DNA from: Candidatus Saccharimonadota bacterium
Lineage (GTDB): Bacteria; Patescibacteriota; Saccharimonadia; Saccharimonadales; UBA4665
Direction of reading: 5' to 3'
DNA length: 32,000 nt
Assembly (NCBI GenBank): GCA_016699935.1
Contig: CP064992.1
Coordinates: forward strand, 900,001-932,000
The notes under the pieces are model-generated. The model saw nothing but the letters and a program-made list of their open reading frames with translations, made no database searches and was not told where the DNA came from. Every line of letters begins with the position of its first letter. Within the stretch, counting starts at the first letter, position 1. Of the stretch, positions 8,917-16,786 are shown in pieces. The translations under genes were made by a program, and so were the position numbers.

Positions 8917-9119
8917 AGAAATTCCCTTTCTACTTCACTTAGAAGTAATCACCTTTCGGCGACTCCCGACTGTACGGTCGGCGCATGAGTCTCACATGCT
9001 CATCCCCGCTCGTGGCGGGGTCGACGGCTATAACGTCCGATTGGCGAATTTCACGCCACCCTGGTTAGTTTACAGCTTGTATTGTATCACAGTGAGGCGT
9101 TGAAAAAACATTGTTTACC

Positions 9120-10225
9120 ATTATTTGTTATGTATGTATACTCTTCCGTAGTAACTCACCACCTTTGCAACCTAAAGGTAGGCGTCCTAAACTGTTATTA
9201 CCACATAACAATGAAAGGAGCCTACCATGGCTTATTCTACCAACCCTAACTTACCAAAAGCGAGAGCAATTGCCATGCAGTTGCTCATCCGTGAAAAGCT
9301 ACCACTACAGGTGGTAGCGAACCGTTGCGGTGTACACCGCAGTACAGTCTGGCGCTGGAAACAGAAATGGGAGGCGCTCAATGAGAACGTTCAGCTTACC
9401 AACGATAACCGACCAACCAGGAGTGCCGGCAATGTATTTAGGCAAGCAGCCCTCAAGTGGCTGGTTCCCACCATTAGCTCCAGGCCATGTACCAGTCCTC
9501 GTGCTGTTGCTCCTTATATTGTTGCCCGAGTACTAGAGCTTCGGGCTCAACTTAAGCGCTGTGCTGAGGTTGTTTGGTACCACATCGCCCGCACGGATGG
9601 CTTACACGTAAGCCTGAGTAGTGTGCGCCGCATATTGCGGCGTTACCACTGCTTTGACGGTGCTCGGAAGAAACGGGTGCGTCCAGATAATCCAAGGCGT
9701 CCCCACGTGACTAGGCCTGGTGAGCTGGTTGAAACGGACACCATTCACTATATTTGCCCATTAACCAAGAGCAGACGGTATGTCTATACCGTCATAGATT
9801 TGTATACCCGTATGGCCTACGTCGAGATCCATCCTCGCATTCTGCCTGGCTTGGCTGCACGTGTGGTGCTACATGCCAGGAATGAGTTTGGCTTTGACTT
9901 CCATATGGTGCAGGCTGACAATGGTCCGGAGTTTAGCCATTACTTTGAGCAAGTGCTCAGAAGAAATGTTATGTCTACCCGACATACCAGACTGGGGAGA
10001 CCTAATGACAATGCACACATAGAACGCTTTAACCGCACCGTCCAGGAAGAATGTCTTGGAAGCTCAATATCCTACAAGATAACCACCAAGCACATACAAA
10101 CAAAACTAGACGATTACCTTGAATATTACAACTTCAAGCGAGTACACTTGAGTTTACAGTGCAAGACTCCTGCTGAAATGTTGCAAGGTCTTGAGTTCTC
10201 TACGCTCTTCAGCACATATGCAAGT
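9120..10225 (+). mobile_element. Insertion sequence with one DDE(rve) transposase gene; the ends are approximate
   Basis: Imperfect inverted repeats: CGTAGTAACTCACCACCTTTGCAAC (9137-9161) against the reverse complement of 10180-10204 (CGTAGAGAACTCAAGACCTTGCAAC). About 21 of 25 positions match, with two 1-nt indels. Weaker similarity extends outward (TATGT…). Exact termini and the target duplication are not resolved. Confidence 0.55.
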
Positions 10226-10270
10226 TCTGGAAGTACAAGGGCTAAATCCCCAATTATTAAGCTTTATTAA
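9227..10270 (+). CDS. DDE transposase with integrase-core (rve) domain and N-terminal HTH (IS481/IS3-superfamily-like)
   Basis: Intact 347-aa ORF with SD AAAGGAG. An HTH-like segment (VANRCGVHRSTVWRWKQKW) is followed by the DDE blocks ETDTIHY, VQADNGPEF and RPNDNAHIERFNRTVQEE, then YNFKRVHLSL. The ORF reads through the right inverted repeat. Confidence 0.85.
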   Translation: MAYSTNPNLPKARAIAMQLLIREKLPLQVVANRCGVHRSTVWRWKQKWEALNENVQLTNDNRPTRSAGNVFRQAALKWLVPTISSRPCTSPRAVAPYIVARVLELRAQLKRCAEVVWYHIARTDGLHVSLSSVRRILRRYHCFDGARKKRVRPDNPRRPHVTRPGELVETDTIHYICPLTKSRRYVYTVIDLYTRMAYVEIHPRILPGLAARVVLHARNEFGFDFHMVQADNGPEFSHYFEQVLRRNVMSTRHTRLGRPNDNAHIERFNRTVQEECLGSSISYKITTKHIQTKLDDYLEYYNFKRVHLSLQCKTPAEMLQGLEFSTLFSTYASSGSTRAKSPIIKLY

Positions 10271-10275
10271 TCCTT

Positions 10276-11329
10276 ATGGTGCCAGTATTGCATTGGGAGG
10301 TAGCAAACAGATTCTGGAAACCACTCGACATCCCTGGCCATGGTTCTTTTGCCGGCTTAGAAAAGATGCTATTTGTTATGGCTCGGTTGGGCAGGTTAAC
10401 AGCAGACAATACTGGAATCGTTGACGAGCTTGGTATCTCCGAAGATAGAACAGCGGCCTGTCTCTCTGCCTCAGACTATGTTTCTGGGCTGGTAGTAAGT
10501 GAAAATATAAAACGATTAGATGTTATGAAAAACGGGCACCCAGAGCTTGCCGAGTTACTTGGTAATGACCCTAGCAAGAATTTATTTGCCCTCGCAAATA
10601 TAAATGCAGACTACGCTCACTCTGGGCAAGAGAGATTCTGAAATTAAACTAGGGTACATCATCCACATTAGAGCCCTACAAGCCTACGGTGCACTTACCA
10701 TCAGAGGTGTTTTGCAATCAGGAGAACTTCCAAAAGATTATTCATTAGGTTTAGCATTAAGATTATTTGCTGAAGCAGCCAGCCATGATGGCACTGAGAA
10801 AGCGTTAGATCAAAAGGAGCTTTGGCGTTTTGCAACTCCTGATATCATGGCTCCGCCTGATTTTACATTACTAGCAAAACAGCTTGGGATGGAAGAGGCC
10901 TCAGCTAATAACCTACAAATAGATGCTTCAGGGCTAATAGTTTTACCTGGTATTAAACCAGTCGATTTTGACGAAGCTAGCTGGTACCAACAAGAATACA
11001 TAGGCGGTATGAGTTCATCGGCAAAAGTGGTTAAGAGCTTTGACATGGCGGATAACAAAAATAACCCCAAGAAAATCAACCCCAAGCAAGATGACACTGT
11101 AAAGCAGCTAGAAAGAATAGAATATAAAAATAGAATGTATGAAACTGGATTGCGTAACATGCCAGGTTTGTTATTACCAGGGTCATTTCACCGCAGACTC
11201 GCTGAAGCGATAATTTCTATAGATCCTGAAGAGCCGCGACATTTTTTCCAAGAACATTGGCGCTCTACTGTTGGCGATATAATTCGTATATTGCGATTTG
11301 TACTAGAAATTGACGCGAGTACCAGCTAG
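10276..11329 (+). CDS. Hypothetical protein (ORFs 10276-10641 and 10604-11329 joined by one frame correction)
   Basis: The two ORFs overlap around 10604-10641 and are in the same orientation. No motif I recognise. The region is visibly AT-richer than the flanking pyr genes and abuts the IS. Confidence 0.4.
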
Positions 11330-11358
11330 ACTGTAGGAAGTAACTGGAGGGGTTCCAA

Positions 11359-12174
11359 GTGAAGTTTATAGATAAGTTGCGGGCGTCTGCGGTGAAGAAT
11401 GACTCGCTGGTGTGTGTCGGGCTGGATAGCGACGTGGCGAAGCTGCCAGCTGGAGTCGACCAACTTAGTTTCAATAAGGCAATTGTAGATGCCACGCACG
11501 ACTTGGTGTGTGGGTACAAACCAAATACAGCTTTTTATGAGGCCAGAGGTGCCGAGGGCATACAAGTCCTGAAAGATACATGCGATTACATACGGGCGAA
11601 AGCTCCCGATGTGCTTATCATACTTGACGCCAAGCGTGCTGACATAGGCAATACTAACGCCGGCTATGTGCAGTTTGCCTACGACTACCTGGGCGCCGAT
11701 GCCATCACTCTGCACCCTTACCTAGGCCGTGAGGCGCTAGAGCCATTCCTAGCCCGCGAGGATAAAGGCGCGATTGTGCTGTGCCGGACATCGAACCCTG
11801 GTGCCGGCGAATTCCAAGACCAGTACGTCGACGGCCATAAACTGTACGAGTATGTCGCCAAAATGGTTGCTGGTGATTGGAATGGCAGCGGCAACTGTAT
11901 GCTGGTGGTCGGTGCCACCTACCCTGCCGAAGCGGCAGCGGTCCGACAGATCGTAGGTGATGATGTGTGGTTTTTGGTGCCAGGCGTGGGTGCCCAAGGT
12001 GGCGATGTGCAAAAAACCATGGAAGCCGCCCAAAACAGCCGCGGTGACGGCCTGATAATTAGCAGCTCCCGTGATATCATCTTTGCCAGCTCCGGCACCG
12101 ACTTCGCCGCTGCAGCCCGAAATAGCACAGAATTACTACGAAGTGAAATTAACACCTATAGAAAGGGTAAATGA
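11359..12174 (+). CDS. pyrF: Orotidine 5'-phosphate decarboxylase (type 2)
   Basis: Intact ORF with a GTG start after the SD GGAGGGG. Motifs: CVGLD, YKPNTAFYE, ILDAKRADIGNT, LHPYLG, CRTSNPG and VPGVGAQGG. Confidence 0.9.
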   Translation: MKFIDKLRASAVKNDSLVCVGLDSDVAKLPAGVDQLSFNKAIVDATHDLVCGYKPNTAFYEARGAEGIQVLKDTCDYIRAKAPDVLIILDAKRADIGNTNAGYVQFAYDYLGADAITLHPYLGREALEPFLAREDKGAIVLCRTSNPGAGEFQDQYVDGHKLYEYVAKMVAGDWNGSGNCMLVVGATYPAEAAAVRQIVGDDVWFLVPGVGAQGGDVQKTMEAAQNSRGDGLIISSSRDIIFASSGTDFAAAARNSTELLRSEINTYRKGK

Positions 12175-12175
12175 A

Positions 12176-12791
12176 GTGAAAGTACTTGCAGAACTAGAGA
12201 AAATCGGTGCGGTATTCACAAATAAACATTTTGTCTATACCAGTGGCAAGCACGGCACTGGCTACATAAACATGGATATGATGTTCCCTCATACGTCGTT
12301 GGTTGCCGAAATATGCAAAGAGCTAGCAGCACCCTTTGTCGGAGAGTTCGATACAGTTGTAGCACCCGCCACGGGCGGTATTGTCCTAGCAGTGTTGACT
12401 GCGCGCGAAACTGCGACAAAAGGTGTTTGGGCGGATAAGGGCGGTGAGAGTGGTTTTTGGTTTGAGCGTGCTGGGTTTGCTGCGCAAGTTAACGGTAAAC
12501 GCGTGTTGGTTGTCGAAGACTCGGTTACAACTGGTGGGTCGGTAGAAAGGTATGCCGCGAAATCGAAAAGCTGGTGGTACGATAATTGGCGTAAGCGTAA
12601 TCTGCAATCGTGGTGGTGTGACTGCTGAAGTGCTTAAAGTACCAGGTCTGTATGCGCTCGCAGAGGTTTCTTTTAGCTCATATGAGCCTGCCGATTGTCC
12701 AGAATGTAAGGCTCTGGTTCCGATAGTTGAAGATATGGGGCATGGAGATGATTATAAAAAGAGCATCTGGACTATGCGGGTGGGTACGTAA
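12176..12791 (+). CDS. pyrE: Orotate phosphoribosyltransferase, frame-disrupted
   Basis: The GTG at 12176 lies 1 nt after the pyrF stop. Motifs: FVYTSGKHGTGYINMD and the PRPP-binding loop RVLVVEDSVTTGGS. After a shift near 12545-12560 the protein continues as …KAGGTIIGVSVICNRGG (ORF 12552-12791). Confidence 0.75.
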
Positions 12792-12807
12792 AATTGCAGA
12801 GTAGTTA

Positions 12808-13897
12808 ATGCTGTACGATCCTAGTAAGACGTTTGAGGAAAATGTGGTGAATGGGCCGTTTGATTTGCCTGACCCAACCCGGCTGCCTTTGCAGGGAGAC
12901 TCCCTGCAAGACGAGGCGCAGTTTATGTTCCTCGGATTTCCTATTAACTTTCCGTTTGGGATTGCGGCTGGTTCCCTGCCGACCTCTCGCCATACCAATG
13001 CGGCCTTTGAGCTTGGCTACGACGTGGTGGTTTATAAAACCCAGCGAGCGCACGATTTCCCGTGCAACCCATATCCCAACGTTTTACCGCTACAGGTTGC
13101 AGGAGATTTAACACTCGAAAAACTGAAAGAGCCACTTGTTGTCACTGCTGATTATACAAGCGATCTGTCAAAACTCAACATTACGAATTCTTTTGGCGTG
13201 CCCTCGCCTGACCCGGCGGTATGGACGGCCGACTTGCCTGCCGCTCTGGCTGGTGCCGGGAAAGGCCAGCTGCTCATCATGAGTGTGGTCGGCACTATAC
13301 GTGAGGGCTATGGGCCAGAAGAATATTATGATGATTTTGCAACTGCAGCGCGGCTAGCCAAACTGGCTGGGGCGAAAGCGGTCGAGATCAATCTGTCTTG
13401 CCCAAACGTAGCAAGCGAAGGTGTGATTTGCTATAACCACGATGCAGTAGTCGAAATATGCAAGCGTACCAAAGCGGTGCTCGGCAACACGCCACTGATT
13501 ATCAAAATCGGCTATTTCACTCCGGATCAACAAAACACCCTTGAGGAAATAGTCCGGGATATCACGCCGTATGTGGCGGCCATAAGCGCCATCAATACGC
13601 TGCAGGGTTCGATTTGTGAATGATGATGGTGAGCAAGCCTTGCCAGGCGTGGGTCGGCTAAAAAGCGGGGTGTGTGGTGCCGGGATAAAATGGGCGGGTG
13701 TCGATATGGTGCGGCGGCTCGATGCACTGCGTAAACGCGAGGGGTATGGGTACGAAATAATCGGTGTCGGTGGTGTGATGATACCGGCCGACTTTGCCGA
13801 CTATCGTGCAGCTGGAGCAGATATTGTCCAGGCTGTCACTGCGCCCATGTGGAATCCCCTGCTCGCCCAAGAAATCAAAGCTATGCAACTCCAGTGA
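12808..13897 (+). CDS. pyrD: Dihydroorotate dehydrogenase family protein, frame-disrupted
   Basis: Motifs: FPFGIAAG, VVYKT, NSFGVPSP, EINLSCPN and AISAINT. After a shift near 13615 the protein continues as …GVCGAGIKWAG…IGVGGV (ORF 13616-13897). It lies in an operon with pyrF and pyrE. Confidence 0.7.
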
Positions 13898-13906
13898 CGT
13901 AACTTA

Positions 13907-13926
13907 CATTGTTGTCATTCCCGCGC
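13907..13926. repeat. REP-like GC hairpin ATTCCCGC-GCAG-GCGGGAAT
   Basis: A perfect 8-bp stem sits 10 nt after the pyrD stop. A related hairpin lies at 14326-14344. It could act as a transcript-end stabiliser or terminator stem, but there is no U-tract. Confidence 0.6.
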
Positions 13927-14000
13927 AGGCGGGAATCCATGCACTTCCCCACGTTTCTATGTATGCCAAACTTTAGTGTATCATTTAGCCTCACCCCCAC

Positions 14001-14327
14001 TGGCAGTTCTCGGACTGCCAAGCCGACCAACTTTTGGGCAGCCAAAGTTGGACAAAGCTGCCGGGGAGAATGCAAACGACCGGCTTACTTGAAATTTCTT
14101 TTGACCTGTTTGGTTCCTGCGAAACTCCTCATTACTATTCGTCAAACATTCTCGTCACGCAAGCAGTCCAAAAGAAATTTCAAATCAGTCGTTCTGCGTC
14201 CCCGGTTTTCAGCGACCCAACCCCGACTGCTTCGAAGTGAGCACTCACTGCAGACCGCTAGCAGAGAAGTTGTAGAAGCCGACAACATCCGAGCCAGAAG
14301 CCTCCGCATGGCCAGAATTAGTTATAT
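14001..14327 (+). repeat. Family A structured repeat, copy 2 (candidate ncRNA)
   Basis: Second copy of 142-468, in the same orientation. Local hairpins lie at 14002-14019 and 14027-14051. Nested long-range helices pair 14061-14074 with 14195-14205, 14089-14105 with 14166-14183, and 14107-14112 with 14143-14148. It lies between the convergent ends of pyrD and htpX. Confidence 0.8.
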
Positions 14328-14344
14328 TCCGCCTGTGGCGGAAT
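14326..14344. repeat. REP-like GC hairpin ATTCCGCC-TGT-GGCGGAAT at the 3' edge of family A copy 2
   Basis: A perfect 8-bp stem followed by GGGTTT. It resembles the hairpin at 13907-13926. Confidence 0.55.
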
Positions 14345-14410
14345 GGGTTTAAGTGGCTGGTGGCTTCGAACATGAGCCGATATCTAACGCCGAAGGCTTA
14401 TGAAAACCAA

Positions 14411-14441
14411 AAATATTTCCGGGTTGATTTCGGAAATATTT
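14411..14441. terminator. Bidirectional intrinsic-terminator-like hairpin
   Basis: An 11-bp stem, AAATATTTCCG / CGGAAATATTT, with a 9-nt loop. It is flanked by an A-run upstream and a T-run downstream, and sits between family A copy 2 and the end of htpX. Confidence 0.5.
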
Positions 14442-14536
14442 TTATAATTTTCAGGAAAGAGCAGCCAGAGTCGAATAAGCGAGCGCAGCGAGTTGTGAGA
14501 CCCTGAGCGATGAGAGAACCTATCTCGGTTCTCTCA

Positions 14537-15385
14537 TTACCGGAATTGACGCAGGCGCTCGATGCGTGCGGCTGTGCTAGGATGGGTCGAAAACAGGTTT
14601 GAAAGTCCGCGCATGCTAAACATGTTTGTGAACATCAGGTGTGCTGTAGCTTGGTCGTTCGGGCGGGGTTGCAAACCAGCCATGTTCGGTTTGAAATCCT
14701 CGAGTTTCTGCAAGGCGCTCGCCAGGTCGCCACCGTGACCTATGAGGTGCGCACCGTGTTCATCAGCGCCAAACTCTCGGCTGCGCGATACGGCCATTTG
14801 GATAAGCATGGCGGCAAATGGTGCCAGGATGAGCATAGCTATGCTGCCAGCCCAGTTGTTGCCTTCTTCGTCGCTACCGCCAAAGAGTGAACCGCCCCAA
14901 AACGCCATTTCGGCCAAGATTGAGATGGCACCGCCGACGGCTGCAGCGATGGTAGAAACCAGCATGTCGTAGTTCTTCACATGGCCGAGTTCATGGGCTA
15001 TGACGGCGCGGAGCTCGCGCTCGTTTAAGATTTCGGTGATGCCTCTCGTCACTGCCACGACGGCATGTTTGGGACTGCGACCAGTCGCAAAGGCATTTGG
15101 TATGGGCGAGTCAACAAAATAGAGTTTGGGCATAGGCAGGTTGTCTTTTACGGTCAGTTCTTTTACTGCCTTTTCGACGTGGGGATATGCTTTGACATCA
15201 AGTGGCACGGCCCGTTGCATCTTCAGCACCATGCTGCCACTGAACCAGTACATGCCAAAATTCATGACAGTTGCGAGCAAGAGCGCGATGATTGCCCCGC
15301 TCCGTCCGCCGAGCATATAGCCAACTGCCAGGAACAGCCCAGTCAGAGCACCTAGTAGTAGTGTTGTTTTTGCGAATGATTTCAT
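14537..15385 (-). CDS. htpX: Zinc metalloprotease HtpX (peptidase M48)
   Basis: The ATG at 15383-15385 has the SD AAGGAGGG. N-terminal TM helices are present. Motifs: HELGHVKNYD (HExxH) and a C-terminal SREFGADEHGA. The longer track ORF reaching 15616 is upstream read-through. Confidence 0.9.
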   Translation of the reverse strand: MKSFAKTTLLLGALTGLFLAVGYMLGGRSGAIIALLLATVMNFGMYWFSGSMVLKMQRAVPLDVKAYPHVEKAVKELTVKDNLPMPKLYFVDSPIPNAFATGRSPKHAVVAVTRGITEILNERELRAVIAHELGHVKNYDMLVSTIAAAVGGAISILAEMAFWGGSLFGGSDEEGNNWAGSIAMLILAPFAAMLIQMAVSRSREFGADEHGAHLIGHGGDLASALQKLEDFKPNMAGLQPRPNDQATAHLMFTNMFSMRGLSNLFSTHPSTAARIERLRQFR

Positions 15386-15458
15386 GCGTGAGCCCTCCTT
15401 TCGGCCAAGTGTGAGTAGTACCCTATATTTTCTCACAGATTTCATGCAATATCTAGGA

Positions 15459-15487
15459 TTGTAATATCTTGAACTAACTTGTATCAT
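15459..15487 (+). promoter_or_regulatory. Promoter of purA with leaderless geometry
   Basis: TTGTAA (15459-15464), a 17-nt spacer, then TATCAT (15482-15487), followed by 6 nt and the in-frame GTG at 15494. Confidence 0.45.
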
Positions 15488-15493
15488 ACCCAG

Positions 15494-16786
15494 GTGAAAA
15501 TCATAGGTGTTTTTGGGCAACAGCGTGGCGACGAGGGCAAAGGCCGTGTGGTCGATATGCTGGCCGAATCGTGCGACATGGTTGCTCGGTTTAACGGTGG
15601 TAGTAATGCTGGCCATACAGTAGTCCTACCCGATGGCCGTGAACTGGCCTTGCACATTGTGCCTTCGGGTATTGCTCACGAAAAAGCGGTCAACATCATT
15701 GGTAATGGCACCATCGTCGACCCAATCCGTTTCAGCGAAGAAATTGCGTCTATTGAAAGCCTCGGCATTACCGTGACACCCGAAAAGCTCAAGGTTAGTT
15801 CTTCGGCGCATTTGGTTCTGCCCCACTACAAAGTACTGGAAGAAATTCGCGAACTTGGGCGAAGTGCTCAAGGCTCGACCAAGGCAGGTATTGCCGATAC
15901 CTACGCTGCTAAGGCACAACGGTCTGGTGTCCGGGTCGAGCGGCTACTCGGTAGTCACGATGCTCTACTACAGGTCGTACGTGATGGCTTGAACTCGGTA
16001 CAAATGGAGCGAAAAAAGCATGGTTTGCCCCCTGTAGATATCGAAAATGAAGTGAAAATATACAGCGCAGCCATAGTAAAGTTGCAGCCTTTTGTGACCG
16101 ATACCTCAGTGTATGTAAACGAGCATTTAGCGGCGGGCGAGACGCTGCTGGCCGAGGGCGCGCAAGCTTTCTTACTTGACATAGATCACGGTATGTACCC
16201 ATACGTCACCTCTTCTTCGACGACGGCTGGTGGTGTGGCGACTGGCCTGGGTATAGCCCCAACTACGCTCGATCGGTCAATTGGCATAGTCAAAGCTGTG
16301 CAATCACATGTCGGTGGCGGACCGTTCGTGACCGAAATTCATGATGAAAAGCTGCTAGATGTTTTGCACGGCGATATGACGACCATAGACGCCGAAAAGG
16401 GTACCACAACTGGTCGTGTGCGTCGACTAGGTTATCTTGACATCACTGGTATACGCCGGGCAGATATGGTGAATGGTACGACAGAACTCGCCATTACCAA
16501 GCTCGATTGGGTACCACGCTATGGCAAAACTATCAAAGTCTGCACCTCGTACACCTATCGCGGTCAGACTCTTTCTATGGCACCAGATTCAGCCTGGGCG
16601 CTGGAAAAGTGCGAGCCAGTGTATGAGGAACTTTCCGCCTGGGATGAGGATATAACAGAGGTGCGATCTTTCTCGGAACTACCTACTGCTGCCCAAAAAT
16701 ACATTGAAGCTATCGAGAAATGGACGGGCTTACCCGTCACCTATATTGGCGTTGGCCCTCGCCGCGACCAAGTCATCATCCGCTAG
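15494..16786 (+). CDS. purA: Adenylosuccinate synthetase
   Basis: Intact ORF. Motifs: GQQRGDEGKGRVVD (P-loop GDEGKG), NGGSNAGHTV, GSTKAGI, GTTTGRVRR and GVGPRRDQ. The start could be GTG 15494 or TTG 15479. Confidence 0.9.
   Translation: MKIIGVFGQQRGDEGKGRVVDMLAESCDMVARFNGGSNAGHTVVLPDGRELALHIVPSGIAHEKAVNIIGNGTIVDPIRFSEEIASIESLGITVTPEKLKVSSSAHLVLPHYKVLEEIRELGRSAQGSTKAGIADTYAAKAQRSGVRVERLLGSHDALLQVVRDGLNSVQMERKKHGLPPVDIENEVKIYSAAIVKLQPFVTDTSVYVNEHLAAGETLLAEGAQAFLLDIDHGMYPYVTSSSTTAGGVATGLGIAPTTLDRSIGIVKAVQSHVGGGPFVTEIHDEKLLDVLHGDMTTIDAEKGTTTGRVRRLGYLDITGIRRADMVNGTTELAITKLDWVPRYGKTIKVCTSYTYRGQTLSMAPDSAWALEKCEPVYEELSAWDEDITEVRSFSELPTAAQKYIEAIEKWTGLPVTYIGVGPRRDQVIIR

Noticed and set aside
9004-9020. 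The minus-strand hairpin CCCCGC-CACGA-GCGGGG suggested a guanidine-II (mini-ykkC) ACGR-loop hairpin upstream of a transporter.
   Set aside because: The loop is a pentaloop rather than a closed ACGR tetraloop. The partner hairpin (loop CGTACA) lacks ACGR. The same stem occurs inside family A, so it is more likely a dispersed REP-like hairpin.
14074-14088. CAAACGACCGGCTTAC in family A resembles the RNase P RNA CR-V / P4 3' strand (ACAGAANCCGGCUUA). An upstream AAGCCG could pair with it, and the element length (~330 nt) is RNase-P-like.
   Set aside because: There is no GGAAAGUCCGG (CR-I) motif and no bulged-U P4. The two candidate P4 strands are only ~55 nt apart. The element is present in two copies. 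This does not fit RNase P architecture.
142-14327. The 13.9-kb segment as a composite transposon bounded by family A.
   Set aside because: The flanking copies are direct repeats, not inverted, and encode no transposase. The only transposase (9227) belongs to a self-contained IS with its own inverted repeats. Only recombination between the repeats remains plausible.
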